Below are positions 63,121 to 64,000 of a DNA stretch of 64,000 nt, in pieces. Every line of letters begins with the position of its first letter. Within the stretch, counting starts at the first letter, position 1. The notes beneath the pieces are model-generated. The model worked only from the letters and a program-made list of their open reading frames with translations. It had not been told where the DNA came from and ran no database searches. This DNA comes from a virus, in IMG/VR virus record IMGVR_UViG_3300035698_018475, positions 1-64,000 of that record. The stretch is one strand, 5' to 3'. Made by a program: the position numbers and the translations under genes.

Positions 63121-64000
63121 GAGACCTACTTGGATTAGATCTTATATGAAGCTTGGGAGGTAGGCTTTTGATGATTACACCCTTTCTGTACTTCGCCTAA
63201 TAGAGAAGAAGTACTCTGAGGACTATGTAGTATTTCTTAAACAACTTAGATCTCATTTTTCTCCCGGCACTTCTATAGGAGAAAAGGCACGTATTTTAGA
63301 AAAACAGGTTCATCAGTCTATTAAGACCATCAGGAATCTCCGTGGTTGGTATGGTGGGAAAGCCACGAGAAAAGAAATATCTGAATTGTATGTGACCTTG
63401 GAAGCAATAGAATTGGGGATAAAAGATATTGCTGAGATGTCGGGAGCTTCCCAGGAGTTGAAAAGTGTACTGGTTTCTATACAGGAGCAGGTTAATGTTT
63501 CAGTAGAAGAAATCCAGAAAGCAGGAAAAGCGATTAAGAAAGGAGTATCTTCTGCAAGAGTAAAAGGAAAAGGTAGAAAAAGGCAGAGAAGGGATTCTTC
63601 TTTCCAAAGGGATATTTTAAGAGGCTTTCTTGGGGAAATGGTGGTGGGGAGAGGAGATGGACGTAGGACTAAAGGTAAGGCAGAGGGTCGTGGAAGAACC
63701 AGGTTAATGCGGGCTCTGACTCCAGTTTCTACCCCTGAGATAGGTGGAGAGAGGCCCAGAACCAGGGCAACCACAGTAGGAGGAGTATCTGCAGGAGGTT
63801 TATATGAATTCTTTGACCAAGGTGCTTATAAAGCCACATGGACCAGAGATGTTATTAGTGAGTTGAGGGAGATTAGAACCAAATTAACCATTGGTACAAA
63901 AGGTAAGGGAGTGGGTGGTTTACTGGGTAAGTTGGCTTTAGTTCTTGGTGGTGGGGCGGGAGTGGTGGCACTTATGGGTGGTTTGGTCGTTACTCTAGGA
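63113..64000 (+). CDS. Probable tape measure protein N-terminus (runs off the window; in-frame TAG at codon 17)
   Basis: ATG overlaps the previous stop, with an AGGA RBS. TAG at 63161-63163, then the frame is open to the window end with a G/A/L-rich tail. Confidence 0.55.

Noticed and set aside
214-63774. Minus-strand ORFs in the six-frame track
   Set aside because: They lie antisense to well-supported + strand genes, are S/F/L-rich shadows of acidic proteins, and show no recognisable motifs.
1-64000. Genome-wide TAG reassignment (alternative genetic code)
   Set aside because: Many genes end in TAG followed closely by the next start or a terminator (recA, 21804, 42784, 61676), and core genes have no internal TAGs.

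Overview
The window is a 64-kb internal segment of a large T4-like (contractile-tailed, probably jumbo) bacteriophage genome. Essentially every real gene is on the + strand and tightly packed; the minus-strand ORFs in the track look like shadows. From left to right it contains: (1) a tRNA-like remnant and structured-RNA candidates; (2) a replication/recombination block (beta clamp, UDG-PolA fusion, gamma/tau-like clamp loader, gp32-like SSB, UvsY-like, RecA/UvsX, RuvC, SbcD and an SbcC/Rad50 split into separate genes); (3) nucleotide-metabolism and 7-deazaguanine genes (class V aminotransferase-QueC, HPRT-ThyX-QueD); (4) terminase, membrane/lipoprotein genes and a sigma-like factor; (5) a head module (intein-containing portal, an inserted HldE-type heptose kinase, many acidic proteins with a shared N-terminal leader and internal ES..[ILV]xE sites, a protease-scaffold fusion and the major capsid protein); (6) neck, sheath, a free-standing HNH gene, tube, baseplate and the start of a probable tape measure gene carrying an in-frame TAG. 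The most notable candidates are a protease-processed capsid-cargo/polyprotein system, a deazaguanine pathway variant with an aminotransferase and HPRT, a canonical -1 frameshift signal at 37528, the fragmented Rad50, a GINPG-type UDG on the polymerase and the heptose kinase. A dockerin-like lipoprotein hints at a Planctomycetota (Phycisphaerae) host. All family assignments come from motif recognition by eye; no database searches were run.
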